NCBI GenBank assembly: GCA_051647685.1
Contig: JBOFEG010000010.1
Span: forward strand, 1-60,457
Direction of reading: 5' to 3'
DNA: 60,457 nt
From: Chlamydiales bacterium
GTDB lineage: Bacteria; Chlamydiota; Chlamydiia; Chlamydiales; CALTSX01
Positions 49,139 through 59,885 of this stretch are shown in pieces. The stretch's first letter is position 1. Each line of letters starts with the position of its first letter. A program made the translations under genes and the position numbers. Under the pieces are notes generated by a model that did no database searches, was not told the DNA's origin, and was given only the letters and a program-made list of their open reading frames with translations.

Positions 49139-49984
49139 TTAAAATAATGTATTCTTTCTCATGCATCCAGGTGCATGTCCATGCTTTTCATAATAATTTT
49201 GATGTTCCTCTTCAGCCAGATAAAAAGTCGAAGCAGGTCTCACTTTTGTTCGTACTCGTGTTCCATGCTTTATAAGTATTGCTATAAGACTATCTATTGT
49301 GTCTCTTTGCGCCTCCGTTACATAAAAAACACAAGATTCATACTGCTCGCCTTGATCAACTCCTTGGTTTAATGGATCGTGGTTATTAAAAAAAAACTTG
49401 GCTAAATCCTCGTAAGATAATACTTGTGTATCAAAAACAACTTTTACTGCTTCTAAATGCCCTGTTTTTCCCATGCAGACTTCTTTATAGGTTGGATCGA
49501 CTACATGACCTCCCATAAACCCGACAGAGGTAGATGTAACGCCTTGTAAGGTTTTAAAGGATGACTCTATTCCCCAGAAACAACCACCCGCAAAAAAAGC
49601 AATTTCAAATCCCTCTTTTGTATTAGCGGGAATAAAGAGCATAGATAAAGAATTTACGCAGTGACGTACATTAGCTTTCGTAAGATTTTCGCCAATAAAA
49701 ACATGTCCAAGATGCCCATTACAATGTGAGCATATAATCTCTATTCGTCTACCATCCGGATCCGGACGATTTTCTACTGCTCCGGGAATTTCTTCTTCAA
49801 AGCTCGGCCAACCACAATGAGACAGGAACTTCTTAGAAGAAAGATAGAGTGGAGAGTCGCATTGTTTACAGGCATAGATTCCTAATGCTTTGGAGTTGTT
49901 ATAAGAACCACTATGGGCGAGTTCTGTATGCTGGTGAAGAATAATCTCACTTTCTTCGGGAGTTAATTTTCGATACCTAAACAT
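49139..49984 (-). CDS. msrAB: Bifunctional methionine sulfoxide reductase MsrB-MsrA
   Basis: GWPSF, HLGHVF, RHCVNS (MsrB); AGGCFWG, GHLEAV, AEEEHQNY (MsrA). Confidence 0.92.
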   Translation of the reverse strand: MFRYRKLTPEESEIILHQHTELAHSGSYNNSKALGIYACKQCDSPLYLSSKKFLSHCGWPSFEEEIPGAVENRPDPDGRRIEIICSHCNGHLGHVFIGENLTKANVRHCVNSLSMLFIPANTKEGFEIAFFAGGCFWGIESSFKTLQGVTSTSVGFMGGHVVDPTYKEVCMGKTGHLEAVKVVFDTQVLSYEDLAKFFFNNHDPLNQGVDQGEQYESCVFYVTEAQRDTIDSLIAILIKHGTRVRTKVRPASTFYLAEEEHQNYYEKHGHAPGCMRKNTLF

Positions 49985-50141
49985 AACTACGGTTCGTCCT
50001 ATTTAGAAAATGTATACTATATACCTATATCAAAAGAGGAATTTTATTGTTGCAAATAGGAAGGTATAAGCGATCTATGTCGTTATAACTTGGGATTACA
50101 AATGGGTCAATCACCCTCTAATACTCGCAGGCTCTTTCGAC

Positions 50142-50912
50142 TTAGAACTGTAGATCAAAGAGAAATCTAAAGCCGTAGACATTTTGTTTTTCAGAAAAAC
50201 TAATACATAGGAAAAAGGGCTCGAACTGCAGACCCCATTGCCTAATGATGCCTATGCACCAAGTAAAGGGAAAAGCAATTTCTCCACCCCAATCTGTTCG
50301 GTCAATAGTATATGTCTTATATTTATGTTGTGTATATCTTTGCCTGGTATAAAACGATTTAAAAACTTTGGCGTAAATGCCAAAGTTAAACAACTGATTG
50401 AAATCATATTTTATACGAACGCCACCTGAGAGGTAGGAAATGCATTCTGTAAAGGTATTTCGATGAAATATATGGGAGTTAAAGTGATATCCTCCAATTC
50501 CAAGATAGGGCGAATAAATCCATCTATCTGAATCCATGGTGTAACCCGCTCGAACTTCATAGCCATTGAAGTGAGCATCATCCCCTTTTTTGGGTATAGA
50601 TTTCCCCTTTTTTGATACTTGAAAGTTATTATTTCCAATAGAAAGAAATCCATCTGCGCCAGCGTAAATGGATCTCGGATAGATATAGTCATACCCAAGA
50701 TATAGACCACCAAAGAATTTTTGTCCGTGAATACACAGATCCTCTACATGATTATTGAGAGAAAATGCAAAAAATATGGGTCCAAAATAGAGATGGTGCG
50801 GACATTCATCTAACACCATGATTTCTTCTTTGGGACATTGTTGAAATAGACCATCTGCATGCAAGGATTGCACGCCAAATAATAACAACAGGATCCATGT
50901 ACACTGTTTCAT
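50142..50912 (-). CDS. Outer-membrane beta-barrel protein
   Basis: Signal peptide ending LHA, alternating aromatic beta strands, C-terminal Phe. Confidence 0.65.
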   Translation of the reverse strand: MKQCTWILLLLFGVQSLHADGLFQQCPKEEIMVLDECPHHLYFGPIFFAFSLNNHVEDLCIHGQKFFGGLYLGYDYIYPRSIYAGADGFLSIGNNNFQVSKKGKSIPKKGDDAHFNGYEVRAGYTMDSDRWIYSPYLGIGGYHFNSHIFHRNTFTECISYLSGGVRIKYDFNQLFNFGIYAKVFKSFYTRQRYTQHKYKTYTIDRTDWGGEIAFPFTWCIGIIRQWGLQFEPFFLCISFSEKQNVYGFRFLFDLQF

Positions 50913-50977
50913 AGAAAGTTCCTTATATAAAATTACGATGTATTGTATTGAATAAAATATTTTCTTATCAATAGAAC

Positions 50978-52288
50978 CTATAATAAAATTTCTGCGGCGA
51001 GCGATGCGAGTTCAGAGCGCTCTGTTTTCTCTAAAAAGATGTGTCCATAAATTGGATAATCTTTAAACCTCTGTACGAGGTACGTCAACGCGTTAGAATC
51101 TTTACTCAAATAAGGATTGTCAATTTGCGTTGGGTCTCCGGTAAGTATTACCTTTGTTCCACGTCCGGCCCTCGAAATGATAGTTTTTACCTCATGTGGA
51201 GTTAGGTTTTGGGCTTCATCGATAATAATATACATCTTGGGCAAAGTTCTTCCTCGAATATAAGTGACTGCTTCCATTTCGAATTTTTTGCTCTCTGTGA
51301 TCCATCTTTTTGTTTCATTTCCATTGTCCTTTCCACAAGTAAATTCGCATAGGAATTCTAAATTGTCATAGATCGGCTGCATCCAGTGATATAATTTTTC
51401 CTCTTTTGATCCCGGTAAATATCCGATATCCCTGCCGAGTGGCATAATAGGTCTGCTAATCAAAATTTTTCTGTATCGATCTTCATCAAAAACCATTTTA
51501 AGACCACATGCGAGCGCGAGAAGAGTTTTTCCAGTACCTGCTGGACCAATGAGTGTCACCAAATGAACATCTTCTCGTAAAAGTAGGTCAATAGCGCATC
51601 TCTGTTCTATATTTAATGGCGTAACCCCCCAAATATTTTTCTCTAGTGGCATCAGATGTTCCAGTCTCTTTGTTCTTCCATTGAACCGACTGAGGGATTC
51701 TTCTTTTGTCTCCTGCGATCGTAATATACAATAGGCATTGGGACTGCATTTATGATGTGTACCTAACGTACCTTTAGTGAGAAATTGATCAAATTCTTGC
51801 TTTGAAATGACAATCTCTTGAATCCCCTTGTAAATGTGATCGTAATCTTGACGAAATCCACCGTAATCTTGAGCAGTAATTCCCACTGCCTCCGCTTTTA
51901 CTCGCATGAAAAAGTCTTTCGATACAATCACTACTTCTTTTTCTATATGAGTCAATTGATAAGCGGATAAAAGGATGCGATTGGGTGGTGTATCTAAAGG
52001 CAATAAGAAATCCTTTTTTCCCATACTCTTTAGTTCTACGAAAATCCGGAACTTAGTATCTTTTCCAATGATGATTCCTTCGTGGAGATTCTTTCTTTGC
52101 GCTAGTTGATCTACATATCGCAAAACAAATCGAGAACTTTTTCCTAAATCATCTGCAAATTGTTTTAACTTATCTAATTCTTCCAAAACCGCCAGGGGGA
52201 TCACTACATCGTGTCCTGGAAATTTCTCCATGGCAAGTGGATCGTGCAGGAATACACTGGTATCCAAAATATAGGTTTTTCGCGTCAT
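50978..52288 (-). CDS. phoH: PIN-PhoH ATPase (PhoH2, CT015-like)
   Basis: PIN motif ILDTSVFLHDP...EELD; GPAGTGKT, YIRGRT, IDEAQN, TGDPTQID. Confidence 0.9.
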   Translation of the reverse strand: MTRKTYILDTSVFLHDPLAMEKFPGHDVVIPLAVLEELDKLKQFADDLGKSSRFVLRYVDQLAQRKNLHEGIIIGKDTKFRIFVELKSMGKKDFLLPLDTPPNRILLSAYQLTHIEKEVVIVSKDFFMRVKAEAVGITAQDYGGFRQDYDHIYKGIQEIVISKQEFDQFLTKGTLGTHHKCSPNAYCILRSQETKEESLSRFNGRTKRLEHLMPLEKNIWGVTPLNIEQRCAIDLLLREDVHLVTLIGPAGTGKTLLALACGLKMVFDEDRYRKILISRPIMPLGRDIGYLPGSKEEKLYHWMQPIYDNLEFLCEFTCGKDNGNETKRWITESKKFEMEAVTYIRGRTLPKMYIIIDEAQNLTPHEVKTIISRAGRGTKVILTGDPTQIDNPYLSKDSNALTYLVQRFKDYPIYGHIFLEKTERSELASLAAEILL

Positions 52289-52401
52289 TTATCTCCCAAT
52301 AATTGGCTAGAGGATCCTATGATTGATTCTTTCTGCAGTATACTGAATTTCTCTTTCTATAAAAGCGTGTGTATAATTTTTTTTAAATTCTCTGAAATAA
52401 C

Positions 52402-52428
52402 TTAGCACTTAAAGAGTGTAAGTGCTAA
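52402..52428. promoter_or_regulatory. CIRCE-like HrcA operator
   Basis: TTAGCACTT-N9-AAGTGCTAA, perfect inverted repeat; consensus TTAGCACTC-N9-GAGTGCTAA. Confidence 0.85.
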
Positions 52429-52433
52429 ATTTA

Positions 52434-52462
52434 TTGACAATCTGAGTTCCATCTACTATAAT
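52434..52462 (+). promoter_or_regulatory. Consensus sigma66 promoter for CT016-like gene
   Basis: TTGACA-N17-TATAAT, 5 nt downstream of the CIRCE. Confidence 0.85.
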
Positions 52463-52500
52463 TTTAAGTAAAACAGAACCTATACCTTGGGTGGAAAATT

Positions 52501-53172
52501 ATGAAAAAAATTAATAATCAAATACTTAGCATACCTCCCTACATATCTACTTCTTGGCAGAATGTAGCTACTCTCCATATGTCCAAAGAGGGTGATAATC
52601 TTGTATTAATTATATCACTGCTAACTAACCAAATGATCCGAGTTCCCAATCTTACGGAAGCAGAAATTCATTATATTTTTCAAACTCATAGTAAAGTCTT
52701 AGAAAAACAATCACAGTCCAAAGAGATGATGGGGGCGACTTTTGGTTTTCCCATAAAAATGGGATACGAAATCCTCGATGGAGCAGGGTCTTTCCTCCAA
52801 CATAATAGTAAACAAGCGAATGCAAAAGATTTACCGAAAGAATTCTTAGAAAAAATCGCTGGACTTGCAAAAGCAATCGATTTTGATGGATCGGCAGAAA
52901 CTTTTATGAAAGCAGAACCGCACTGTAATTGCCCTTATTGCCAAATTGCGCGCGCGCTCGATGGCAAAACGTTAGAAGTACAAGAGGAAGAGGTTGCTAC
53001 AGAGGATTTGCAATTTCGCGAGTGGGACATCGAACAGATTAATGAAAAGGTGTATATAGTAACCAACCCACTAGACCAACAAGAAAAATACCAAATCTAT
53101 TTAGGGAAACCTATTGGTTGTACTTGTGGAAATTCTCATTGCGATCATATTCGCGCAGTACTCGAGAGTTAA
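52501..53172 (+). CDS. Conserved chlamydial protein (CT016-like) with Cys/His zinc motifs
   Basis: ILSIPPYISTSW, LQHN, EPHCNCPYCQI, SWIM-like GCTCG...CDHI. Confidence 0.75.
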   Translation: MKKINNQILSIPPYISTSWQNVATLHMSKEGDNLVLIISLLTNQMIRVPNLTEAEIHYIFQTHSKVLEKQSQSKEMMGATFGFPIKMGYEILDGAGSFLQHNSKQANAKDLPKEFLEKIAGLAKAIDFDGSAETFMKAEPHCNCPYCQIARALDGKTLEVQEEEVATEDLQFREWDIEQINEKVYIVTNPLDQQEKYQIYLGKPIGCTCGNSHCDHIRAVLES

Positions 53173-53222
53173 TCTCTTTACTCACTAAAAAAACCGTGGT
53201 ATTTAAAAATATGAATCCCTAG

Positions 53223-53246
53223 AATTCAGTATTAACTGAATTTTTT
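53223..53246 (+). terminator. Possible hairpin/terminator
   Basis: AATTCAGT-ATTA-ACTGAATT followed by T run. Confidence 0.3.
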
Positions 53247-53264
53247 ACTAGAAGGGGTAATCAT

Positions 53265-54470
53265 ATGATTCAATCTAAAACATTATGGTCATTTTATGTA
53301 GTCTCTGTACTTATCCCTTATAATCTGATGGCAACAGAAGGTGTAGCGACTCCCCATACACCCACTCCACCTCAAACAAGTACTGCGCAAGTGAAGGCCA
53401 CTCCAAGCCCTAAATTAGCTGCGAATTTTAGACCTTTTACAGGTAGAGTGGTTGGAAAAAAAGTAAGAATGAGACTCCATCCGGATGTGGATAGTCCGAT
53501 TGTTAAAGAGTGTAAAAAAGATGATCTATTACTGGTAGTTGCAGAAAAAAATGGATTTTATGTCATACAACCTCCTTCCGATATTAAAGCCTATATTTTC
53601 CGCAGTTTCATTTTAGATGGTATTGTCGAAGGCGATCACGTAAATGTACGAATTGCGCCAGATCGCGATGCACCAGCGATTGGTCATCTAAGCACGGGAA
53701 CTCGCGTGAATGGTCGAATCAGTGAACTGAACAATAAATGGCTTGAGATTGTGCCACCAGGTTCGACTAACTTTTTTGTGGCAAAAGAATTCATAGAATA
53801 TGCGGGTGATTCAAATTTAAAAGCGACTTACGAACAGAGACTCAGCGCTCTCACACAAGCCTTAGATTCCATTAATCTCTTCAGCCAAGCGGAAATGCAT
53901 AAGCCTTACGATAAAATCGACTTTCATAAAATTGAAAGTCGATATCAAGAAATACTGCAAAATTATTCAGATTTTAAAGAAGAAGTAGAAATCGCTAGAA
54001 AAAATCTTATGCAATGTCAAGAGAAATATTTATATAAAAAGATTGCTTTCTTAGAAAGACGAGCTTCCCAAGTAGGTTGTCAAAAACCTAGTGAAACAGC
54101 GGGAATTAGTTCGAGTGATAAAGAAACTACCTCTCTTGAAAAAATGCGCATGTGGGAACCTCTCGAAGAGTCTATGTACCTCAGTTGGTCTTCTATGCAC
54201 CACGCTAAGACAATGGAGGATTTTTATACTGATCAAAAATTAAAAGCATCCATGCTATCGGGAGTGGTCGAGGGATACCGAGAAGCAGTGAAAAACAAAC
54301 CGGGCGATTTCCTCTTAACGCAAGATAGCGGTCTTCCCGTGGCCTTTTTATATAGCACACAGATTAATTTAGAAGAGTATATCGGAAAAAGAGTGAACTT
54401 GTCCGTATCAGAAAGACCGTGCAATAACTTTGCTTTTCCAGCCTATTATGTGCACGACATAGAAGAGTAA
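53265..54470 (+). CDS. Secreted tandem SH3b-domain protein (CT017/Ctad1-like)
   Basis: FTGRVVGKKVRMR, VNVRIAPD, C-terminal AFLYST...RPCNNFAFPAYYV. Confidence 0.75.
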   Translation: MIQSKTLWSFYVVSVLIPYNLMATEGVATPHTPTPPQTSTAQVKATPSPKLAANFRPFTGRVVGKKVRMRLHPDVDSPIVKECKKDDLLLVVAEKNGFYVIQPPSDIKAYIFRSFILDGIVEGDHVNVRIAPDRDAPAIGHLSTGTRVNGRISELNNKWLEIVPPGSTNFFVAKEFIEYAGDSNLKATYEQRLSALTQALDSINLFSQAEMHKPYDKIDFHKIESRYQEILQNYSDFKEEVEIARKNLMQCQEKYLYKKIAFLERRASQVGCQKPSETAGISSSDKETTSLEKMRMWEPLEESMYLSWSSMHHAKTMEDFYTDQKLKASMLSGVVEGYREAVKNKPGDFLLTQDSGLPVAFLYSTQINLEEYIGKRVNLSVSERPCNNFAFPAYYVHDIEE

Positions 54471-54474
54471 ACTT

Positions 54475-55812
54475 TTACGGAAGATCTGTTGCTTTGCATT
54501 TACGGGGCATCTCCTCTATGACTTTGCTAGGAATTACTTTTGCATTGGATGAGGATCCCTGTACTTCTTGTAATCGTTTAGCACTCGGAAATACTCGAGA
54601 CTCTAAAGATCCCACTGCATCGTTATACGCATGCACAGAAGAATGGAGATTCTGCCCTATCTTTGCCATGTGTTTAGTAAATATAATTAATCGATCTTGC
54701 AGCTCTTTCCCCAGTTCTTGGATTCGTTTGGTGTTTTGTGCGAGAGTTTCTTGTTGCCACCCGTAAGCGATAATGCGAAGAAGTCCAATAAGTGTAGCTG
54801 GAGTGGCAAATACGACGCCAATTTTAGCCCCTAGTTCAATGAGACCTGGATCTACTTGCAAAGCGCTATGAAACAATACCTCAGAGGGTAAAAATAAGAC
54901 GACGAATTCGGGACTGGGGGTAATTTTTTTCCAATATTCTTTCTTTCCCAAAGCATCGATATGGCGACGCAAAGATTTGGCGTGTTCCTGAAGTTTTGCG
55001 TGTTCAATTACAGCATCGTCTGTTTCAATTGCTTCCATATAGGCGCCCAGTGGAACTTTTGCGTCTATGATAACGGATCTATTATCGGGTAGTCGAATAA
55101 TTACGTCGGGACGAGATATGTCAAATTCTCCGCGTAGGCTGGTTTGTTCTTCAAAATCACAATAGGGACGCATACCTACAATTTCGAGTACTCTTTTCAA
55201 TTGAATTTCTCCCCATCGGCCCCTGAGATTCGGAGAGCGAAATACTTTTTTTAAGTTTGAGGTTTCTTTTTGCAGTTCGCGTTCTGATTCGATCATATTG
55301 GATAGCTGCGTTTGTATCTTCGTATGATCTATTTTTCGCTCGAATTCTAATTTTTTCATTTCCTCTTGCATTTTTTCGAGTTGTTCGCAAATGGGAAGAA
55401 ACAAACTTTTTACTGTGTTTTCATTGTGAGAGGATTTCATTTGGATTTCTTTTTGGTATTTTTCCAGTTTTGCACTGGCAAGTTCTAAGAAAGCCTGGTT
55501 ATTTTTCGATAAGGTTTCTATAGAAAGCGCGCGAAAGCTTTCTTTACAAAAGGTAGTAACATTGCCAATTTCTGCAATTTTTTTCTGGTAAAAATCTTCT
55601 CGTTCCCGAAGAGTGGTTTCGATTGCAGCATATCGAACTCTCCACTCTACGAGTTCTTGTTGCAAAGCAGCGCATTGCCTCTCTTTTTTATCAAGCAAAG
55701 CTACTTTTTCTCGAGCGGCATTCTTCTCTGCGAGAAGCAGGTGATATTTTTTTTTATCTATAATAAAAAATATTATAGAAATGACAAAGCTAATCAGTAA
55801 AAACATTTCCAT
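54475..55812 (-). CDS. rmuC: DNA recombination protein RmuC
   Basis: RGRWGEIQL, RPDVIIRLP, IIDAKVPL, PEFVVLFLPSE, ATPATL. Confidence 0.93.
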   Translation of the reverse strand: MEMFLLISFVISIIFFIIDKKKYHLLLAEKNAAREKVALLDKKERQCAALQQELVEWRVRYAAIETTLREREDFYQKKIAEIGNVTTFCKESFRALSIETLSKNNQAFLELASAKLEKYQKEIQMKSSHNENTVKSLFLPICEQLEKMQEEMKKLEFERKIDHTKIQTQLSNMIESERELQKETSNLKKVFRSPNLRGRWGEIQLKRVLEIVGMRPYCDFEEQTSLRGEFDISRPDVIIRLPDNRSVIIDAKVPLGAYMEAIETDDAVIEHAKLQEHAKSLRRHIDALGKKEYWKKITPSPEFVVLFLPSEVLFHSALQVDPGLIELGAKIGVVFATPATLIGLLRIIAYGWQQETLAQNTKRIQELGKELQDRLIIFTKHMAKIGQNLHSSVHAYNDAVGSLESRVFPSAKRLQEVQGSSSNAKVIPSKVIEEMPRKCKATDLP

Positions 55813-55864
55813 CTATTCGATGAGTATGCCTAAATAAGAGTTTTTTTGTATAAAACCTTTACTG

Positions 55865-55893
55865 TTGCTAGATAAAAAATTTCACACTATAAT
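55865..55893 (+). promoter_or_regulatory. sigma66-type promoter for typA
   Basis: TTGCTA-N17-TATAAT. Confidence 0.55.
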
Positions 55894-55939
55894 TATCGGT
55901 ATATAATAAAAAAAACTTTTACTTTTAATAAAATACCCT

Positions 55940-57763
55940 ATGCATACTCCAAAACACATTCGAAATGTTGCAATTATTGCTCATATTGATCATGGTAAAA
56001 CTACTTTAATCGATAGTTTATTACAATATAGCCACGCCTTCCAACAGCACGAGGAAGCGCCTGAACGAGTCCTTGATTCCTTCGAACTCGAGAAAGAGCG
56101 CGGCATTACTATTTTTGCCAAACATACCTCGCTTGAATTTGAAGATTATAAGATTAATTTGATAGATACCCCGGGGCACGCCGACTTTTCTGGAGAAGTA
56201 GAGCGGGTACTTGGAATGGTAAACGGAGTACTCCTGCTCGTAGATGCAAAAGAGGGGCCTATGCCGCAAACCCGCTTTGTGCTCGCCCAAGCCCTTCGCA
56301 AAAAATTACCCATTGTCGTCGTTTTAAATAAAATTGATCGCCCTCACGCTGACCCAGATCACGCTTTGAATCGAACTTTTGATTTATTTATAGAACTCGG
56401 TGCCGATGATGCTCAACTCGATTTTCCCTATTGCTACAGCTCCGCTTTGTCTGGATACGCTATGCAGTCGCTAGAGGACCCAAGAACCGATATGAAACCT
56501 CTGTTCGAGTTAATCATTAGTAAGGTACCCCAACCTCCTGGAGATCCAGCACTCCCCTTTCTTATGCAAGTGAGTACGCTTACCTATGACGATTATCTCG
56601 GTAGAGGCGCCACGGGAAGAATTATTGAGGGGTCTATTAACAAAGGCGACGCAGCTTTGTGTATTGCTTCGGATGGAACAAGCCACAATTTCCGAGTGAC
56701 AAAAATTGAAGGTAGAAGCGGAATCCACAAAAAAGAATTAGAGAGTAGTACTGCTGGCGATATTGCCACTTTGTTTGGAATTGAATCGGTAATGATTGGA
56801 GATACTTTTTGTAGTCCGTCGCAAGTAGTACAACTGCCCCCAATTACACTCAGCGATCCCACTATCTCTATTGAAATTACTGTCAATTCTAGTCCCTTTG
56901 TTGGCAAAGAGGGAAAGCATGTGACAATGAATAAAATTAAAGAGAGGCTCATGCGCGAGAAAAGAGCTAACGTGTCACTGCGAATCGAAGAACTCGATAA
57001 ACAAGAAGAGGCAATTTCTGTCGCGGGAAAAGGAGAACTCCACCTTGCTATTCTGCTAGAGACAATGCGCAGAGAGGGATATGAATTTTCCGTTTCTAAA
57101 CCCAAGGTGATAACGAAGAAAGAGGCGGACGGAATCTATGAGCCTTATGACTCGGTACATATTGAAGTGCCGGAGGCTAGCAGTGGCGCAGTGATTGATG
57201 GGTTAAATCAGCGAAAAGCAGAACTCAAGACTCTCAATACTAATGAACACGGCGTGACAATGATGCAATTCTATATTCCAACGAGAGGTATCATTGGTTA
57301 TCGAAATGAGTTCTTAACAGTTACCAAGGGTCAGGGAATCATGACTTCTAGTTTTGATAGTTACGGACCTTGGAAAGGCGATATCCCAGGGAGAAAAAAA
57401 GGTGTACTCATTAGCGGTAATCGCGGTGCGGTAACTCCTTATGCTGCTTTTAACTTACAGAGTCGGGGCGATCTCTTTGTTTCACCAAGTGATCAAGTGT
57501 ATGAGGGAATGATTGTTGGAGAACACAATCGCGAAAATGATTTAGTAGTAAATATTATACGAGAAAAACATTTAACCAATGTGCGAGCATCCGGTAGCGA
57601 TGAGAACATCGTCTTAGTTCCTGTTTCTAAACTGACTTTAGAGAGAGCGATTACTTATATCGAAGAGGATGAGCTCATTGAAATTACCCCGAAAAATATT
57701 AGACTTCGCAAAGCTCTTCTCACCGAAAATGAAAGAAAAAGGCCTAGCGTAAAAACTTTTTAA
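55940..57763 (+). CDS. typA: Translational GTPase TypA/BipA
   Basis: [50 protein letters not shown]. Confidence 0.96.
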   Translation: MHTPKHIRNVAIIAHIDHGKTTLIDSLLQYSHAFQQHEEAPERVLDSFELEKERGITIFAKHTSLEFEDYKINLIDTPGHADFSGEVERVLGMVNGVLLLVDAKEGPMPQTRFVLAQALRKKLPIVVVLNKIDRPHADPDHALNRTFDLFIELGADDAQLDFPYCYSSALSGYAMQSLEDPRTDMKPLFELIISKVPQPPGDPALPFLMQVSTLTYDDYLGRGATGRIIEGSINKGDAALCIASDGTSHNFRVTKIEGRSGIHKKELESSTAGDIATLFGIESVMIGDTFCSPSQVVQLPPITLSDPTISIEITVNSSPFVGKEGKHVTMNKIKERLMREKRANVSLRIEELDKQEEAISVAGKGELHLAILLETMRREGYEFSVSKPKVITKKEADGIYEPYDSVHIEVPEASSGAVIDGLNQRKAELKTLNTNEHGVTMMQFYIPTRGIIGYRNEFLTVTKGQGIMTSSFDSYGPWKGDIPGRKKGVLISGNRGAVTPYAAFNLQSRGDLFVSPSDQVYEGMIVGEHNRENDLVVNIIREKHLTNVRASGSDENIVLVPVSKLTLERAITYIEEDELIEITPKNIRLRKALLTENERKRPSVKTF

Positions 57764-57836
57764 AAAACGATAGTTCTTTTAGAGGTCGATCTGCTATTCT
57801 GGAATTAAGTACATAAAAACTCGGCCAGAACTTCCC

Positions 57837-58553
57837 ATGCAGGCGTCCCAATCACCTTCTCGAAAGACAATTTCAGAAATGTTTGATGCGATCTCTCCAA
57901 CTTATGATCGCGCAAACCGCATTTTATCTCTTGGACTCGATTTGTACTGGAGACGCACTCTATCGCATCAATTACCGGCGCGAGAAATCTCTCACGTTCT
58001 CGATATAGCAACGGGTACTGGTGACCAAATACTTTCTATTCTTAAAGAATTTCCACGAGCTAAATTTAAGATCACCGGTATTGATATGTCTCCGGATATG
58101 TTGGAACTTGCTCGAGAAAAAATTAAGAGTGTAACGGATTCTGAAAGAACAGAGTTTCTGCTATGCGATGCTGGAACTTTGCCGCTGGAGGATGGAGTAA
58201 TTGATTGCATTACTGTCTCTTTTGGCGTGCGCAATTTTATCAATCTGCACCACTGTTTGAATGAGATGTTTCGCGTTCTTACAAAAAATGGTAGAATGCT
58301 TATTTTAGAATTTGCTATGCCAGAGAATCTTATTATTCGAAATATTCATTTGCAATACTTGCGCCACGTCGTTCCCTTGCTCGGCAAATCTATTTCGAGA
58401 CACCCCACTGCCTACCGCTACCTCAATCAAACCATCGAAGTATTTCCCTATGGAAAATCTTTTGCATCTCTCCTGCAACATATTGGTTTTAGCGATGTCC
58501 GAATAATTCCTCTTACCTTTGGTATTGTCAATGTTTATGTGGCTCAAAAATAG
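57837..58553 (+). CDS. ubiE: Demethylmenaquinone methyltransferase UbiE/MenG
   Basis: MFDAISPTYDRANRILSLG, LDIATGTGD, SFGVRN, AYRYLNQTI. Confidence 0.9.
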   Translation: MQASQSPSRKTISEMFDAISPTYDRANRILSLGLDLYWRRTLSHQLPAREISHVLDIATGTGDQILSILKEFPRAKFKITGIDMSPDMLELAREKIKSVTDSERTEFLLCDAGTLPLEDGVIDCITVSFGVRNFINLHHCLNEMFRVLTKNGRMLILEFAMPENLIIRNIHLQYLRHVVPLLGKSISRHPTAYRYLNQTIEVFPYGKSFASLLQHIGFSDVRIIPLTFGIVNVYVAQK

Positions 58554-59838
58554 TCTTCTCCGAGATTTAATCACAGATTTATCGTCTCATCCAAATCCAT
58601 TGGAACTATCTATCAATGGTACATCTTTTCGTCTCTGGCGAGCCTCGGCAAAAATAACCATTAAACAACCCATAAGCGATTGGTTTGCTCAGCAAAATTA
58701 TTTGCCCAAAATCTATCTCCAGTACGGCTGTAGTAAGAATTTTGACATAGCTTTAGGCTCGCTTTTGGAAGTAAAGGAATTTCCACAAATCACTATCCTT
58801 AAGAATCCATATCGTTTTAATCCAAAATTATATGGCGGAATCAGTAACATACCTGCCACTGGACAGTTTTCTATCTGGCAAAACTTTCCGAAAACGATTT
58901 TTTTTCTGCCACAAATCGAAATTGAAACAATAAGTGGAGAAAGTTTTCTTAATCTCTATTTTTTAAATCGTGCAGAAGTACATAAAAAGGGAATTATACA
59001 AAGCTTATCAAAACTGCAAAAATGTATCGATACAGAAGAATCTATTACTCTCACAATGATCAGCAAAAAAGATTTTCCAACGAGACTCGATTGGAATGAT
59101 ACAATAGAAAATGTTTTAAAAGATATTTCTCTAGGAAAAATAGAAAAAGCAGTTGTGGCGCGACAAAGCTCTTTTACTTATAAAGAACCTCTATCAATTT
59201 CTTATCTCTTGCGTCAGTTACAAAAAATTACATATGGTACTTTGTTTTGTATTCAATTTTCCCCTCTTGAAAACTTTATAGGTGTTACTCCGGAACTTTT
59301 GTATTCTCGTACAGAAAATACAATCGAAATTATGGCGCTCGCAGGAACTGCTTCTCTCTTGCAAAGTCGATATCTCCAAAGAGAAAAAGAACAAAAAGAA
59401 TTTGGTCTTGTGAAAGAATTTGTCTACAAAACAATGAAAACTCTTTGTAGAACGATTGATTTTTCTCCTGATATTACTTACCCAATAGTATCTCTTGTCC
59501 ATTTGCGCCGAATCTATCGAGGAAAGCTTCGTCCCTTTATAAACGACCAAGAAATCCTCAAAACATTACACCCAACTCCCGCTATATCCGGTTTTCCACA
59601 ACAAGTTGCTGCCGATTTGTTACAAAAAATAGAACCTTTTGATCGCGGCTGGTATGCCTCTCCCATTGGATATATTTCAGAAAAAGAAACTCGTATGTAT
59701 ATTGCCATTCGATCCGCTTTTATTACCGAAAACATATTACATCTTTTTTCCGGAGCCGGCATTGTAAAAGGTTCCACCCCGGAGAAAGAATGGGAAGAAT
59801 TAAATAATAAAATAGAACACTTTAGTTATATAGTATAA
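58537..59838 (+). CDS. menF: Isochorismate synthase (MenF-like)
   Basis: TPELL, ALAGT, LHPTPAISGFP, FDRGWYA, IAIRSA, GAGIVKGS..EKEWEE; exact start uncertain (58519-58537). Confidence 0.8.
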   Translation: MWLKNSLLRDLITDLSSHPNPLELSINGTSFRLWRASAKITIKQPISDWFAQQNYLPKIYLQYGCSKNFDIALGSLLEVKEFPQITILKNPYRFNPKLYGGISNIPATGQFSIWQNFPKTIFFLPQIEIETISGESFLNLYFLNRAEVHKKGIIQSLSKLQKCIDTEESITLTMISKKDFPTRLDWNDTIENVLKDISLGKIEKAVVARQSSFTYKEPLSISYLLRQLQKITYGTLFCIQFSPLENFIGVTPELLYSRTENTIEIMALAGTASLLQSRYLQREKEQKEFGLVKEFVYKTMKTLCRTIDFSPDITYPIVSLVHLRRIYRGKLRPFINDQEILKTLHPTPAISGFPQQVAADLLQKIEPFDRGWYASPIGYISEKETRMYIAIRSAFITENILHLFSGAGIVKGSTPEKEWEELNNKIEHFSYIV

Positions 59839-59885
59839 TAATTTTTGTTATATAAAAAACTAAATTAAATGACAGGTATTTATTT

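Noticed and set aside
32275-52288. attR duplicate of the tmRNA 3' end
   Set aside because: No convincing copy of TTCGATTCTCTCCACCTCCA seen by eye (only TTCTCCACCCC near 50280 inside a CDS); island right boundary remains undefined
2622-59777. Numerous 60-170 aa ORFs nested in or antisense to long genes
   Set aside because: Overlap confidently identified CDSs, lack RBS or motifs; treated as spurious
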